42,933 nt of DNA from Conidiobolus incongruus B7586 (Eukaryota). The stretch is taken from contig JNEM01009931.1 of assembly GCA_000697335.1 (NCBI GenBank), positions 1 to 42,933 on the forward strand, read 5' to 3'. Of the stretch, positions 24,491-36,470 are shown piece by piece (the first letter of the stretch is position 1; every line of letters begins with the position of its first letter). The notes beneath the pieces were generated by a model. It saw only the letters and a program-made list of their open reading frames with translations, ran no database searches and was not told the origin of the DNA. A program made the position numbers and the translations under genes.

Positions 24491-26322
24491 AATAAGTTTA
24501 GGAATATAAATTAAATGAATGCTGTTATTCATCTGAATTGATTTTGATCATTTACTTTGCTTATGTATTTATTCATCTTTTGGCACGATATTAATATTAT
24601 TGTTTTATAATCTTCTCTCCTGATTTTGTGCTTCAGGAAACAAATTAACTATGATAAAATAATTTTATATTAATCTCTGGAACACAATATCTCTATCCAA
24701 GTTTCAACCGGGATATTAAGATATTAATCTATTAATCATTAAAATGATTATTAATAACTTTGTGTAAAACAAATATAGTTTCAATTTTCATAATTTATTT
24801 TTCTATATTTCATTCTATATTATTTCAACATTATTAGCACCTATTGACATTTCATAAAATTGAAATATTTCTTTATCATACGATAAATCTCTAATATTTG
24901 AAAAAATAAACAAATTATAACCATATTTACTCTGATGATTTCTAACTTAAAAAATTTTTCACCTAAAAAGAGAAAACGTGTTTATTCAATATATTGATAT
25001 GATTGGGTATTATATTCCAAAAAATTATATGATTTAGTTTGATTTTTGTATTTTGAATATTTTGAATTGGAAATTGGTATTTATAATTGAAATTTAATTT
25101 TAATATATTATACATTAATATCCAATTTTATCAAAAATCTCTAAAATGTAGTATATTGATTAGAGTAAAATAGTTTTATTTATAAATAGAATTATTGGAA
25201 CAGAAATATTGATAGAGTGAGCCTCATGTGAAGCTATTATTCTGGATAGACTCTACTTTAGATAAGATATATAAGATATTGGATTTATTAAAATTGATAA
25301 CTTGAATTTATAACAATATTTTAAACCTTCATACTATCTACATTTGTACTAGCCTAAAAGTTGATTGGTTATTTCATTGTAATCAAAATTTAATTGAGCT
25401 CTACAGGTTGAAATAGCTCTGACATTTTCTACAATATAAAAGTAATACTAAGTGTAAATTTTCATCAACATTCAATCACTAATATAGGCAGTGTAATGAA
25501 AAAAAATCATCAATTGGATGTAAAGCATTATTTGTCTTCATTCCAAAAAGATTTTTAATTTCATTTAGATTTAACATATATCAAGTTTTATTTCAGTAAT
25601 TAAACTTAATAAATATCTAAAAAAATAATTTAATTTTTAAATAAGCTTATTGTTTTAGCAAAAAACATGTGTATAGAAATTGATATTTAATTAAAACAAT
25701 TTAAAGAAATTAACCATAGAATATGAGGGAAAAGAATTCTTAAAACTGGTCAAAATGAGTAAATTGAGTTGGACGTTTATGTAACTTTCATTTTAATTCT
25801 ATCATCAAAATTATGATAAGATAGTAGATTCAACTTTTTCATCAATATATAGGAAATTTATCTATAATTGTAAATTATATATCTATTATATTAACCTTAG
25901 TCCTGTAAATAATTTAAATATTATTTTTGTATATAAAAAACTTGAATTTTAAATATATATATATATAACATAGTGTACAATCGACCCAACCAAAAGCTCT
26001 ATGAACCATGGGAATATGATTTTGGATAAAAATTAGAATCGGATCTGTGAAAAAATTTTTAAATATTTATATCTTGAAATATGAATGCAAGATGATAATA
26101 ATTTTAAATTAGTATTATATATCTATTAATTTTGATCCAAAAGATACAAAGAGAGCTAAAAATAAAATCTAAAAAATTCATTATTTTCAACATGATTGTT
26201 TCAAAAAAGGGTATAAAATTGCTCGGACTGGAAGTTGTGATAGTAAATTTATTTTCAATTTATATTCAAATAATGTAATTTAAATTATCTAAGCTGTGAT
26301 AAATTGATAAAAATATTAATAT

Positions 26323-26655
26323 TGTCAAGAGTCAGGTGACTCACTTCTACACAAATAATCTTACATCAACCTAATGTTAAAGTCATTTCTCCCTCGCATA
26401 CCATCTGCTCCCACTCTATCTTTCAATTGGCCGATGATGCAAGTCACCGGAGAATCTCATGAATCACCTTACCCAACTCACTCTTTACAAAACCCGGAAT
26501 TAGAGCTATCCTCAGAACGAAGAGTTCGATCTAGGTCCTCCCAGCTATTTGACTTAAACCAGTAAACCCCTATCTCCCTAACACTTACCTGGAATTCCGC
26601 AGATCTCTCTCTTTTATTTAAACTACTCTGGGCACGGCTTTCCTAAGACGTGTTA
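26323..26655. mobile_element. Solo LTR, family A (copy 2)
   Basis: 333 bp, same orientation as 4719-5051; 4-bp TSD ATAT/ATAT. Confidence 0.8.
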
Positions 26656-27507
26656 ATATCAAGACGGTATATTTATTATTAATTATCCATATAGTTACCA
26701 TAATTATTACTGAATTCCTCTCTAATTTTAATAATATAATTAAATTGATATCACAAAATTATTCAAATATTGTAGTATATTTCATATTATTCCGAATATA
26801 ATATAATAATCTTGATAAATAAAATTATAACCAAAATAAATAGAATTAAATTTTACTGTAGAATTAGTAATTATAAAAAATTTATTTTAACAGATATTTC
26901 AAAATGAAACTTAAACATTTTTAGATAAAAAATATATATTAAATTTTTTTGATTAATGTTAAATTCTACAATTGATAATATACAATTTTCCAATACTAAA
27001 TTATTAAAATAATTTTGATATAAGAGATTTATCTAATGAATTTGAATATTTAACTATTTGAATACAATGTTTTTAGGTTGGAGATAATATCAGGTAAATC
27101 ATTAACTACAATTGAGAGTAATTAATCAATATATGATTATTTTAAAACTATTTTATTACAAATAATGATTGTTCAATTACAGGTATATTTTTAATAGATT
27201 AAAGTAATATGATCAATTTCTTATCTAAGATATAAATATAATGGATAAGTATTTTACTTCGTAATAATTATAGTTAAATGAAAATTAAAAGTATACCATA
27301 TTTCTTAAAAATAGAAAATTATACTAAATATTTTAATATAAAATTCCTAATTAATTATAACTTTCTTTAACTTTGTAATTAAGAAAAAGTAATTAAATTT
27401 AAAAAAATCTTAAAAAAACTTGAAAATTATTATTAAATCAACAATTTTATTTCTATTAAATATCAATATTAATAATATATATTATTTTATAAAATTTTTA
27501 AAACAAA

Positions 27508-28669
27508 TTAAATTTTTTGTAATAAAATCCATTCAAATTCTGAGTTAAAAATAATATTATCTTGACCTTGAAATATTTGATCTTCAAATCCATTATAAAA
27601 TTGATCAATTGCTTTTTGATTAGGGAACATTTGAGAATGTTGAGAAAGTCCAGTGAGGATTTGATTATAGAGGATTGCTCTACATCCAGATCGATTGAAT
27701 TCTGTAGAATCTTGAATTGTATCAATATTGACTATTTTGAATTTTCCTTCTAAAGATTTTAATATGTTTTGAATTTGTTCTTTTGAACGAGAATACACTG
27801 GAAGATTCACATTTGACAATTGATGGTGAGATATACCCTTCAATTTCAAAATTGACATCCATGCTTGATTCACTATAAAATGGAAATTGCAATATGTCCA
27901 AACGTTGAAACTGACAATTCCTGAAGTTTTTAATTCCTCGTATCTTAATTCGAGCCACTGTTTAAGGTATTTATCAGACATTTCAATAAACCATTTAGTC
28001 ATTTCTAAATCATCACTCTGATTTGTGTGTGCTAAGCCATAGTTTAAACTACGATATTCAGGCATCCAATGTAACGAAGCGTAACAAAATGCAAAATCTA
28101 TTGATTCATTTTCTACAATTTGCTCATAATAAGTTTTTCCAATGCACTTCGTTTGTAATTGAATGTGGTTTGATTGAATCAAGGAGTGATTTTGATATCC
28201 AATTTCACGATCACTTACGCATTTTAATACTTCATCGAAGTCATTGTCTGGCAAGTCATTATGGTAAATCATCATGGTATCCAAGTTCCTGGCGAGTGAG
28301 GGTCGTTGGTATTGAATTTGATCAAATAATTGGTTGATTACATGCATCGAATTTTTACCATGGCTACAGGCGAAGTCTACAATGTTCAAAGAGCTATCAT
28401 CGGATGGCAATAAGGGAACTAATATAACATTTAGAAAATTGATATACTATAATCTGATTTCATTTACCTGTCAATTTTAAATACTTCTTGCCCAAATTAA
28501 TCCACTTCAGCTGCATTGATGATGCCTCATTATAATTTTCCATTGATTTGCTCACTAAGAGGTGATTAGACTCAAAAATTAACAGGTGAATTTATAAGTC
28601 AAACTTACCACTCTCATGTTGATCAATGGGATTGACACGCTTAGGTTCATATACATTACTAGTTAGCAT
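27508..28669 (-). CDS. SABATH-family SAM-dependent carboxyl methyltransferase (Methyltransf_7), 3 exons, 352 aa
   Basis: Exons 28669-28609, 28554-28468 and 28418-27508; phase-1 introns of 54 nt (GTAAGT..CTAAT..TTAG) and 49 nt (GTAAAT..TTAG) join in frame. Motifs YNEASSMQ, IVDFACSHGKNS, HNDLPDNDF, SLHW, LRYEEL, NLPVY. Confidence 0.88.
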
Positions 28670-30570
28670 CTTAAACAATTCGTATATTTTTAAAAAGTAA
28701 GTGAGAATTTGTGACTTTTATATAAGCATATTGAAATTAGTTTGTTTATGCGATCATACAATTTTATAATACTTTACTTAATATGATTTAAGCTGAACTC
28801 CTATGAGAATTATTTAAAATTCCCCTCGATCTACAAAGATCAAAAGTATTACTATCGCATTTTAAAATCAAAAATTACAATTATTCGATTCTATATGAAT
28901 TAAGCATGTATGTTATTAATAAATTTAGAATACATTTTTAATATTTATATAATATACATAGCAATCTAATTATTATGTACTGTATAAAAAATCATGATAC
29001 CAATAGTGAATATGTTTATAATCAGTTTTTAAAACATAAAAACCAATATTAATCAAACTATTGAATTCTTTCTATAATATTTAAAAAGATAATCAATTTA
29101 CCAAGGTGACCTACATATCAAACTGCTGATTTAGTATAATTTTAGGAAATTTACTAACTTTAATTTACAATTAGGATCCCCTTAATGGTTTTTATCCAAT
29201 CAAAGTGTAATACTTCAAATTCAAAAAAAAAATCTCCACAATTGATTAAGAATAAACTGAAAACACACATCCCACATCTATTACTAGGAGATGTTTAATG
29301 AGTAGTGAGATAATTAAATCAATAGTCTATTAGTTTAACTATTGATTGGTTAATCTTGGTTGTTACAAATTAATATTATATATATATATATATATATATT
29401 CATTTTCTAATAATATTAATAATATATTTTTTATTTTAATGAATTATTGGAGAATATGTTATACATATATCAATCTTATCTATTCCAATTAAGAAAAAAA
29501 GCGGGATATTTAACTAAATATTTAAAGTTAATTTTTATAATTGCAGTACTTTACCCAGTTTAGGTTTTTAACATATTATCAATGAAATAAATTTTATTTT
29601 CATTTATAGTATTTTAATAAAAAAAATTTCTAACTTAAAATTGATTGAAATGTGTGTTAAATTTTTTAATCAAACAAAATACGGAGATTATTTCCTCCAC
29701 ATGTTCTCCTTATTAAGTTTTAGTCTAAATCAAACTTAAATGTAATCATATTATAATGAAAATTAAATAATAATAATAATAACAATTGTATGTTGTAGTT
29801 ATCTAATTGAATAGAAGTAATATTTTAATTTTGATTAATATAAATTATGACATATATATTTAGAATTGTAAATAATCAAAAGTTTTATCCTATTTTCTAA
29901 ATACAACAGTTTAATAATCGTGTAATATATTGTATACAATATTATCTTATAATGAACCTAAAATCAAATTCATGTATACTGATCCAATATTTAAACCTTA
30001 ATTCTATAATTATTATTAATTGATAAAAATGACAATATAATATCAACCAACATCAAAATTATTTAAATTAACAAGATTAGCATTTTATAGTTAAATTTTG
30101 ATAAAATATCAACAATAAATTATTCAGAATTATATTATAAAAGTATTTATTATTTTGTTGATTGTTAATAAATTAAACTTATAAATTAAACCTGTTTTAA
30201 ACTATTTAATTCAATCTGGAACAGACTAATTTTAAAAAAATTATATGAATGAGTTTATTATCCACAACGTCTCAAAAAATTAGTGATTTAATATAGTCTA
30301 CCTTTATTTACTTTTCTCTTAGTGCTAAACAATTTCTATATTAGAAGGTACATTGGGCTTATTTAATTAAAAATATCAATCTAATTTGTTAATTAGTTAG
30401 TATAATGAAGTATAGTGTGTACTGATAGTATCATCATAATGGACTTACTAATATTCAAAAGAATTTTTTGAAATTATAATAAATTTTATAAAATTTAAAA
30501 TTTTTTATTAATAAAAATTTTTGAATTTAACTCAGATAAATTATTATAGAAATTTATAGAATGAAATTTT

Positions 30571-30608
<38 letters not shown>

Positions 30609-31098
30609 AATTTATTTAGAAATGAAATTAATTTTGGAAATATAAAAATTAGATAAAAAATTGAATCAATATCAATTTCCCATACTATTCAAAGGAAATG
30701 ACTGGATTTTATATGGAAACACTCATATAAATTTATCTAAATTTTCCATCATATTATTATAATATTTTAGGTTTATCTACTTCTTTGAGAAAATTACGTT
30801 ACGATAAAATGATACTGTAATGATATATTATGTTAAAAAGATTAAATTGGTATATCAAACCTTTTGATTCAAAGCTGCTTCATTTATTTCAGTATATTTA
30901 ATAGATTATATTATGGGATTTAAACAACATCATGCAGTATCTATAACTCAAAATCCCTCAAACATATTAAACTGTAATCTATTTACTAGGATCTTATATA
31001 AATAATATAGCATAGATTGCTATATATTTAAATATTATTAATAAAATATCAAACTGTTTCAATCTTTTCTGGGGAGGTTATTAAATAAAAATGATTAC

Positions 31099-31512
31099 TG
31101 TAGATGCAGGAGAAATAGACTTTTACAACTTAAACAGGGAATCGCCAGTAGTATATGATAGCTTACTACAGAGTTGAGGGAAATTAATGGGCTTCGCCAA
31201 ATAAGGAGAAAAATAACTTAGTATAAATCAAGTTCTTTGAATAAAGTGGGTATCTCGCACTCATCACAACTCAATCCTTTTGTGAGTGCTGCAAGAAAAA
31301 CTTAGAGACTGGATACGCTTAAAATGAAGATAATTAGTGTACGTTTATTAATTAACTTATGATAATCTTATACTAGATTCAATTGTTGGTTCTTGTAGAC
31401 AGAAATGGCTCACTGACGAAAAGTGATAAAATCAGCCAATTCATGAAATGAGTGATTTTCAATGTGATTTCTTGATTCAGTGTATTAATCATAGTTTTTT
31501 GAGTGATTGACA
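31099..31512. mobile_element. Solo LTR-like repeat, family D (copy 1)
   Basis: Reverse-complement homolog of 34695-35114 (gggaatcgccagt, gttctttgaataaagt, cttatgataatcttata, ttgagt.attgaca). Left boundary approximate. Confidence 0.7.
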
Positions 31513-33413
31513 AGGTTATTCCCCATCTGTTGCAACCAAAATCTACAATAATCAACTAATTGTCACACATTTGTAACAGAGGAGCAAATTTAACACAAGT
31601 GAATGATTTACTTTTTTTAGTAATAATTTACTTGCCAATTCCAAATTTTTCTTGTTCAAATTAATCTATTTCAACTTCATGTAAGAAGTTTCATTATAAT
31701 TTTCCTTTGATTTACTAGTTATACAATTATTAACGTAAAATATTTTCATTTTACTTCAATTCATTAATTGTTTTAATATTAGAAATCTATCAACTCTTCA
31801 AAATATTATTTAAATTACTAAGCATATTTATTATTATGCTAAAAATTCATTTTTATTTCTACAATTTTAGACATTTTTTTAATTTAACATTAATAAAAAC
31901 GTTTGATATCAATAATTTGGAAAATTACCAATATATAATTTGTATTCAAAAATATGTATTAAATTATTAATTGAAAAACTGACTTTAACACTAATTTAAA
32001 TCCAGATAAAAATCCAACCTTATATTCCAGAAATAGTGACTAAATAATATATTTAATCTCTCTTGAATTCAATACAACTTTAATTGATGAATTAAATATA
32101 ATAAAAAATATTTTCAAACCATTATGAAACGAAAATTAGCATAGGATTGAAATGTATATATTCAAAAATTCTTGATTGTAATAATTATTTCTAGATTTTT
32201 ATTTTAATATTAATTTCCATATAAATAAATAAAAACTTGAAATTTCACAATAATCAAGAATATTTTGATATTTATAATTTTTATTAAAAAATCTGAATTA
32301 CAGTAAATTTATTATAAATGAATTATATAATTTTTACTTAATTTTTTTAATAATTTAATATAAAATGAACATTTTATTAATTTCAATGGTATAAAAGTTT
32401 GTTCAACATTTTTAAATTTAAGGAAAATATTTTGCATCAACCTTAAAGTACAATGATTCAACATATTATATAATATTACTTTTAATTAATTATTAAACAT
32501 ATTTTTATACAACATATTGAATGATTATTTCATTTTTAAATTAAAAATTTGTTTTGTAATACTAATTAATACTTAAAATTTATTTTTTGGTACTAGATAA
32601 CTTAAAATAAACCTTTCAATATATTATTATAACGATATAATTGATATAGATAATAACTTTAATATATAAATATGACACCAATAAAAAAATGATATTAACA
32701 ATAATATAGTTTAAATTTATTTCAAATATATATTGATTATATAATATAATATAATGATATTACAGAAATTAATATTATTGATATATAATTGAATAAGAAA
32801 TTTGGTAATTTTAATAAATTTTGAAAAATTCAAGATTATTATTGAATTATTAATTTTAAAATGATATAATTAAATAAGAAATAAAAATTTCCTTTTCAAA
32901 CTATTTTCTCTGAAAATTTTTAACTATTCGCTCATTTTTTAAAGTATTTTTTTATTCAAAAATATATTATATTTAATTTATGTACTTACATTAAAAAAAT
33001 ACTTGAAACTATAATATATTAAAATATAATAATAATTAATAAAAAAGTTTTCGATTATATAAATATGATATTAATGATTTTTATTTTCTAATTTATATAT
33101 TAACACTAATATAATATTTTAGAGTATTTATGTTTAATCCATTGTATTATATGTTAGAATTGGCTATAATTAAACTATTATATATATGTAGCCCCAATAA
33201 TACTCAAATATTATTATAAATATTTTATTCGTAGAAAAATTATATTATCAATAACTAATTATATTTTATTTTATTATCATTAATTATTCATATTTCAATA
33301 AATTCTAACTGATAGAATATTTATATATTTGAATAGTGAAATATAAACAATAAAAGATTAGATCAATTATGTATATATTAAAAATTGATTTAATTAATCA
33401 TGACTTAATATCA

Positions 33414-34690
33414 GTTAAGAATGATAGAGACAGCAAATTTTTTAACTTCTGATTATTCAAACATATTGTTAGTTTTAAAAAATAAATTATATATGAAATA
33501 TTTAAAAGGATTGATATTTTCATACTATATATATATATTCATTTATATATATTTTCTTATCAATATATCTTTATTTAAAAATCTATTATTAATTTAATTA
33601 TATTTAAACCAAATAATGATTATTAAAAAACTTTTATTTTAATATTATTAAAATTTAATTACAAACCCTCTAAATTTATTTATGATTTGTAAAAAGTTTA
33701 TGAAGAAAGTGCTTTGTTTAAAACTACCACTTATTACTAAATCATGACTTTAAAGCTAAAAGGGATATTATTCAAAATTCATTAATATTTAAAAGATTAA
33801 TGTTTACTATTACTCTTTTGTTTATTAACCAAATCAAAAATTATATTGAAATATATTTTTGTATTTTAATTAAAAAATTATCAGGGGAATTTAATATTTA
33901 TTATATTAATATATTATATATTTTAAAACTCATATTGAGATTGTTTAATAAGAATATAAAACAAATATTTTATTATTTAAAAAAGGTATAAAAAATTGAA
34001 ATAACTATAGTTTAATATATTTATTAAAATATAAACAAGAACAAAAGTTTTAAAATTAAATTATTTGAATTATTAAATCAAATTTCTCGTAATCTTTAAA
34101 TTAAAAATAAAACAAATTGTAAAATCATTATAAATCCTTGTATAAATTTTAATAATTAAGTATTTTATGGACTATTAAATATTAACTGTTATAATAAATT
34201 ACAATATATATAATTTACTGTTTAATTTCTAAAAGAGAACCAATTAATGATTATTTATTTATAGTATTTTTTATTAGTATTTTTATTATAAATTATAAAT
34301 ATTTATTATTTTTATATTATAATTTTAAAATCAATATTTAATTAAAGCTTTAAAATATTTTTATATAAAAAATTTTAAAAAAAAACTACTTTGTTTAGTA
34401 TATTCATTGGATGATAAGTTATATGATTATAATTGATATATATAATTAAAAATTTGCTTACAAAATAGAAAATTCTTGTAAACTATATTAAATTATTTTA
34501 TAAAATATTAAATTTTAATTTTAAATAAATAGCATTATTTTTAGATATTAGAAACTTACCAAAAGTATAATAAAAAGTTATTAATAGATAATAAGAGTAT
34601 TTACCTTATATTATATATTTATTTTTATATATTATATATTAAAAATTATACTTAATTTTGATTTCAAAGTTTTATAATTGATGGAGAATA
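33414..34690 (+). mobile_element. Mariner transposon, family A-related, highly degenerate
   Basis: Colinear with 1594-2894; ORF 33800-33991 matches ORF 1953-2138; similar 5' region and 3' tail. Confidence 0.8.
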
Positions 34691-34694
34691 ATCC

Positions 34695-35114
34695 TGTCAA
34701 TTACTCAAGAAACTCCGATTACCGCAGGATTCGAGAAGTCACATTGGAGATATCACACCCCATGAACTAGTTGATCCTATTACTTTCTGCCCGTAAGTTG
34801 TTCATGTCCACAAAAATCAACAATGGAACCTAATATAAGATTATCATAAGCAAATTAATAAACACATCCTTTTATCTTCATTTTCAAAAGTATACAATCT
34901 CTAAGTTTTCTCATAACACTCACAAAAAGTACTGAGTCGTGACGAGCGTGAGATATTTACTTTATTCAAAGAACCCGATTCGTAACAAGTCATTTTCACC
35001 TACTTTGGTGAACCCCAATAATTTCCCTTAATTACGTGGTAATTTATCGTTTACCACTGGCGATTCCCCGTTTAAGCTCGTAAAGCCCATTGTTGTCAGT
35101 GTTAACACCCGACA
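34695..35114. mobile_element. Solo LTR-like repeat, family D (copy 2)
   Basis: TGTC...GACA ends; homolog at 31099-31512; abuts the end of the mariner. TSD unclear. Confidence 0.7.
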
Positions 35115-35641
35115 TAATTATTAAAAAATTATATTAATATTTATATTTTTTTAATTATATTAATTATTAGTAAAGAATAAATTAATAAGATAATAAGAGA
35201 ATTTAAGTAAATATTTTTTTAATTTATTTAATTAAATAGAATTTTTTTATATTATTACGTAATAATATATTAAGAAATACTTAACTATTATAAGTAGATA
35301 TATTAAATTAAAAAATTTAAATATTCAATTTTGACTAACTATTTATACAAGCTTTAATCTTTTAAAAGTTTATTAAAGAAATTTTATTAATTTGTAAGTT
35401 TAAAAAGAATATTTAAAATTTTAATAATTTAAAAACTATCCAATATTAATTTAATAAATATATAATTTAGTAATTTTATTATTAATTTAATTAATTTTAT
35501 TAAATATTTGAATTTTATACCTGTTATATTGTTAATTTTTAAATAAAAAAATTTTGCACTATTTATTTAATTATAATACACCTATATTTAATATAAATTT
35601 TTTAAATAAAATTATGAAATATATAATTTATTAATGCGATG

Positions 35642-35928
35642 TGTTGTAAAACTCCCTTGTTTACAGATCTATAGGTTTCAGGATGGTGAAGATTTGTATT
35701 TGAGCTATTATTATTGGAAGTCATTCTTTCTGATCAAAAAGGATTTTGTTAGATTCAATTCTAAAAAGGGTTCTCGAAACAAGTATCAAAACTGGGAGCG
35801 TTTTTTATTATAATTCAATAAAATGGGTATTTATACTATGGAAAATGCAACTAAAATACTAGTTGCATCTATCAAAACAACATCTATTAACAAGAGCATG
35901 CCTTATTATATGACACTCATATACAACA
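35642..35928. mobile_element. Solo LTR (287 bp)
   Basis: 7-bp terminal inverted repeats TGTTGTA...TACAACA; 5-bp flanks CGATG/TGATG (TSD with one transition). Confidence 0.7.
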
Positions 35929-36470
35929 TGATGATTTTATAATATATATATTTCAATCAATATACCAATTCAGGATATAAAAATTTACTACAAATCTTTT
36001 GGATAATTGCATATTGAATAATTTGTAATTAATTGGAAATGAAATTTTCAAATTTGAAAAGTAATATGAATAATATAAAAGATATTAAATAACATATATT
36101 CATAATACCAGCTTATATATAGATTTAATAAAATACATCTATTTAAGTGTTAAATCAGTAATTTTTTACTATAATCATTTGAAACTCTAATAATTATAAA
36201 TTAATTCAATTTATTATATTAATTTATAATTAAATAAATATTTTATAAAATTTAATTTTTGATTTAATTCTTTTTTAAATCATAAAAAAAAGATAATTTA
36301 TTGAAATATTATAAAATATATTAATTATTTTATACATTTAAAATAAATTTTTTAATAATAAAAAAAATTTAAAATTAAAATAATTATTTAATTAATTTTA
36401 TTTTTTTAATAATCGTTATTTACATATTACGTAATATTAATATTAATTATAATCTATATATATCTATTAA

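Noticed and set aside
30690..31080. Possible gypsy RT remnant (SPEKIETV on minus strand)
   Set aside because: Single weak motif; flanking RT/RNase H motifs not recoverable.
35115..35590. Possible Tc1-like 3' remnant (ends tataatacacctata)
   Set aside because: Almost pure AT; motif reconstruction is ambiguous and no partner TIR was found.
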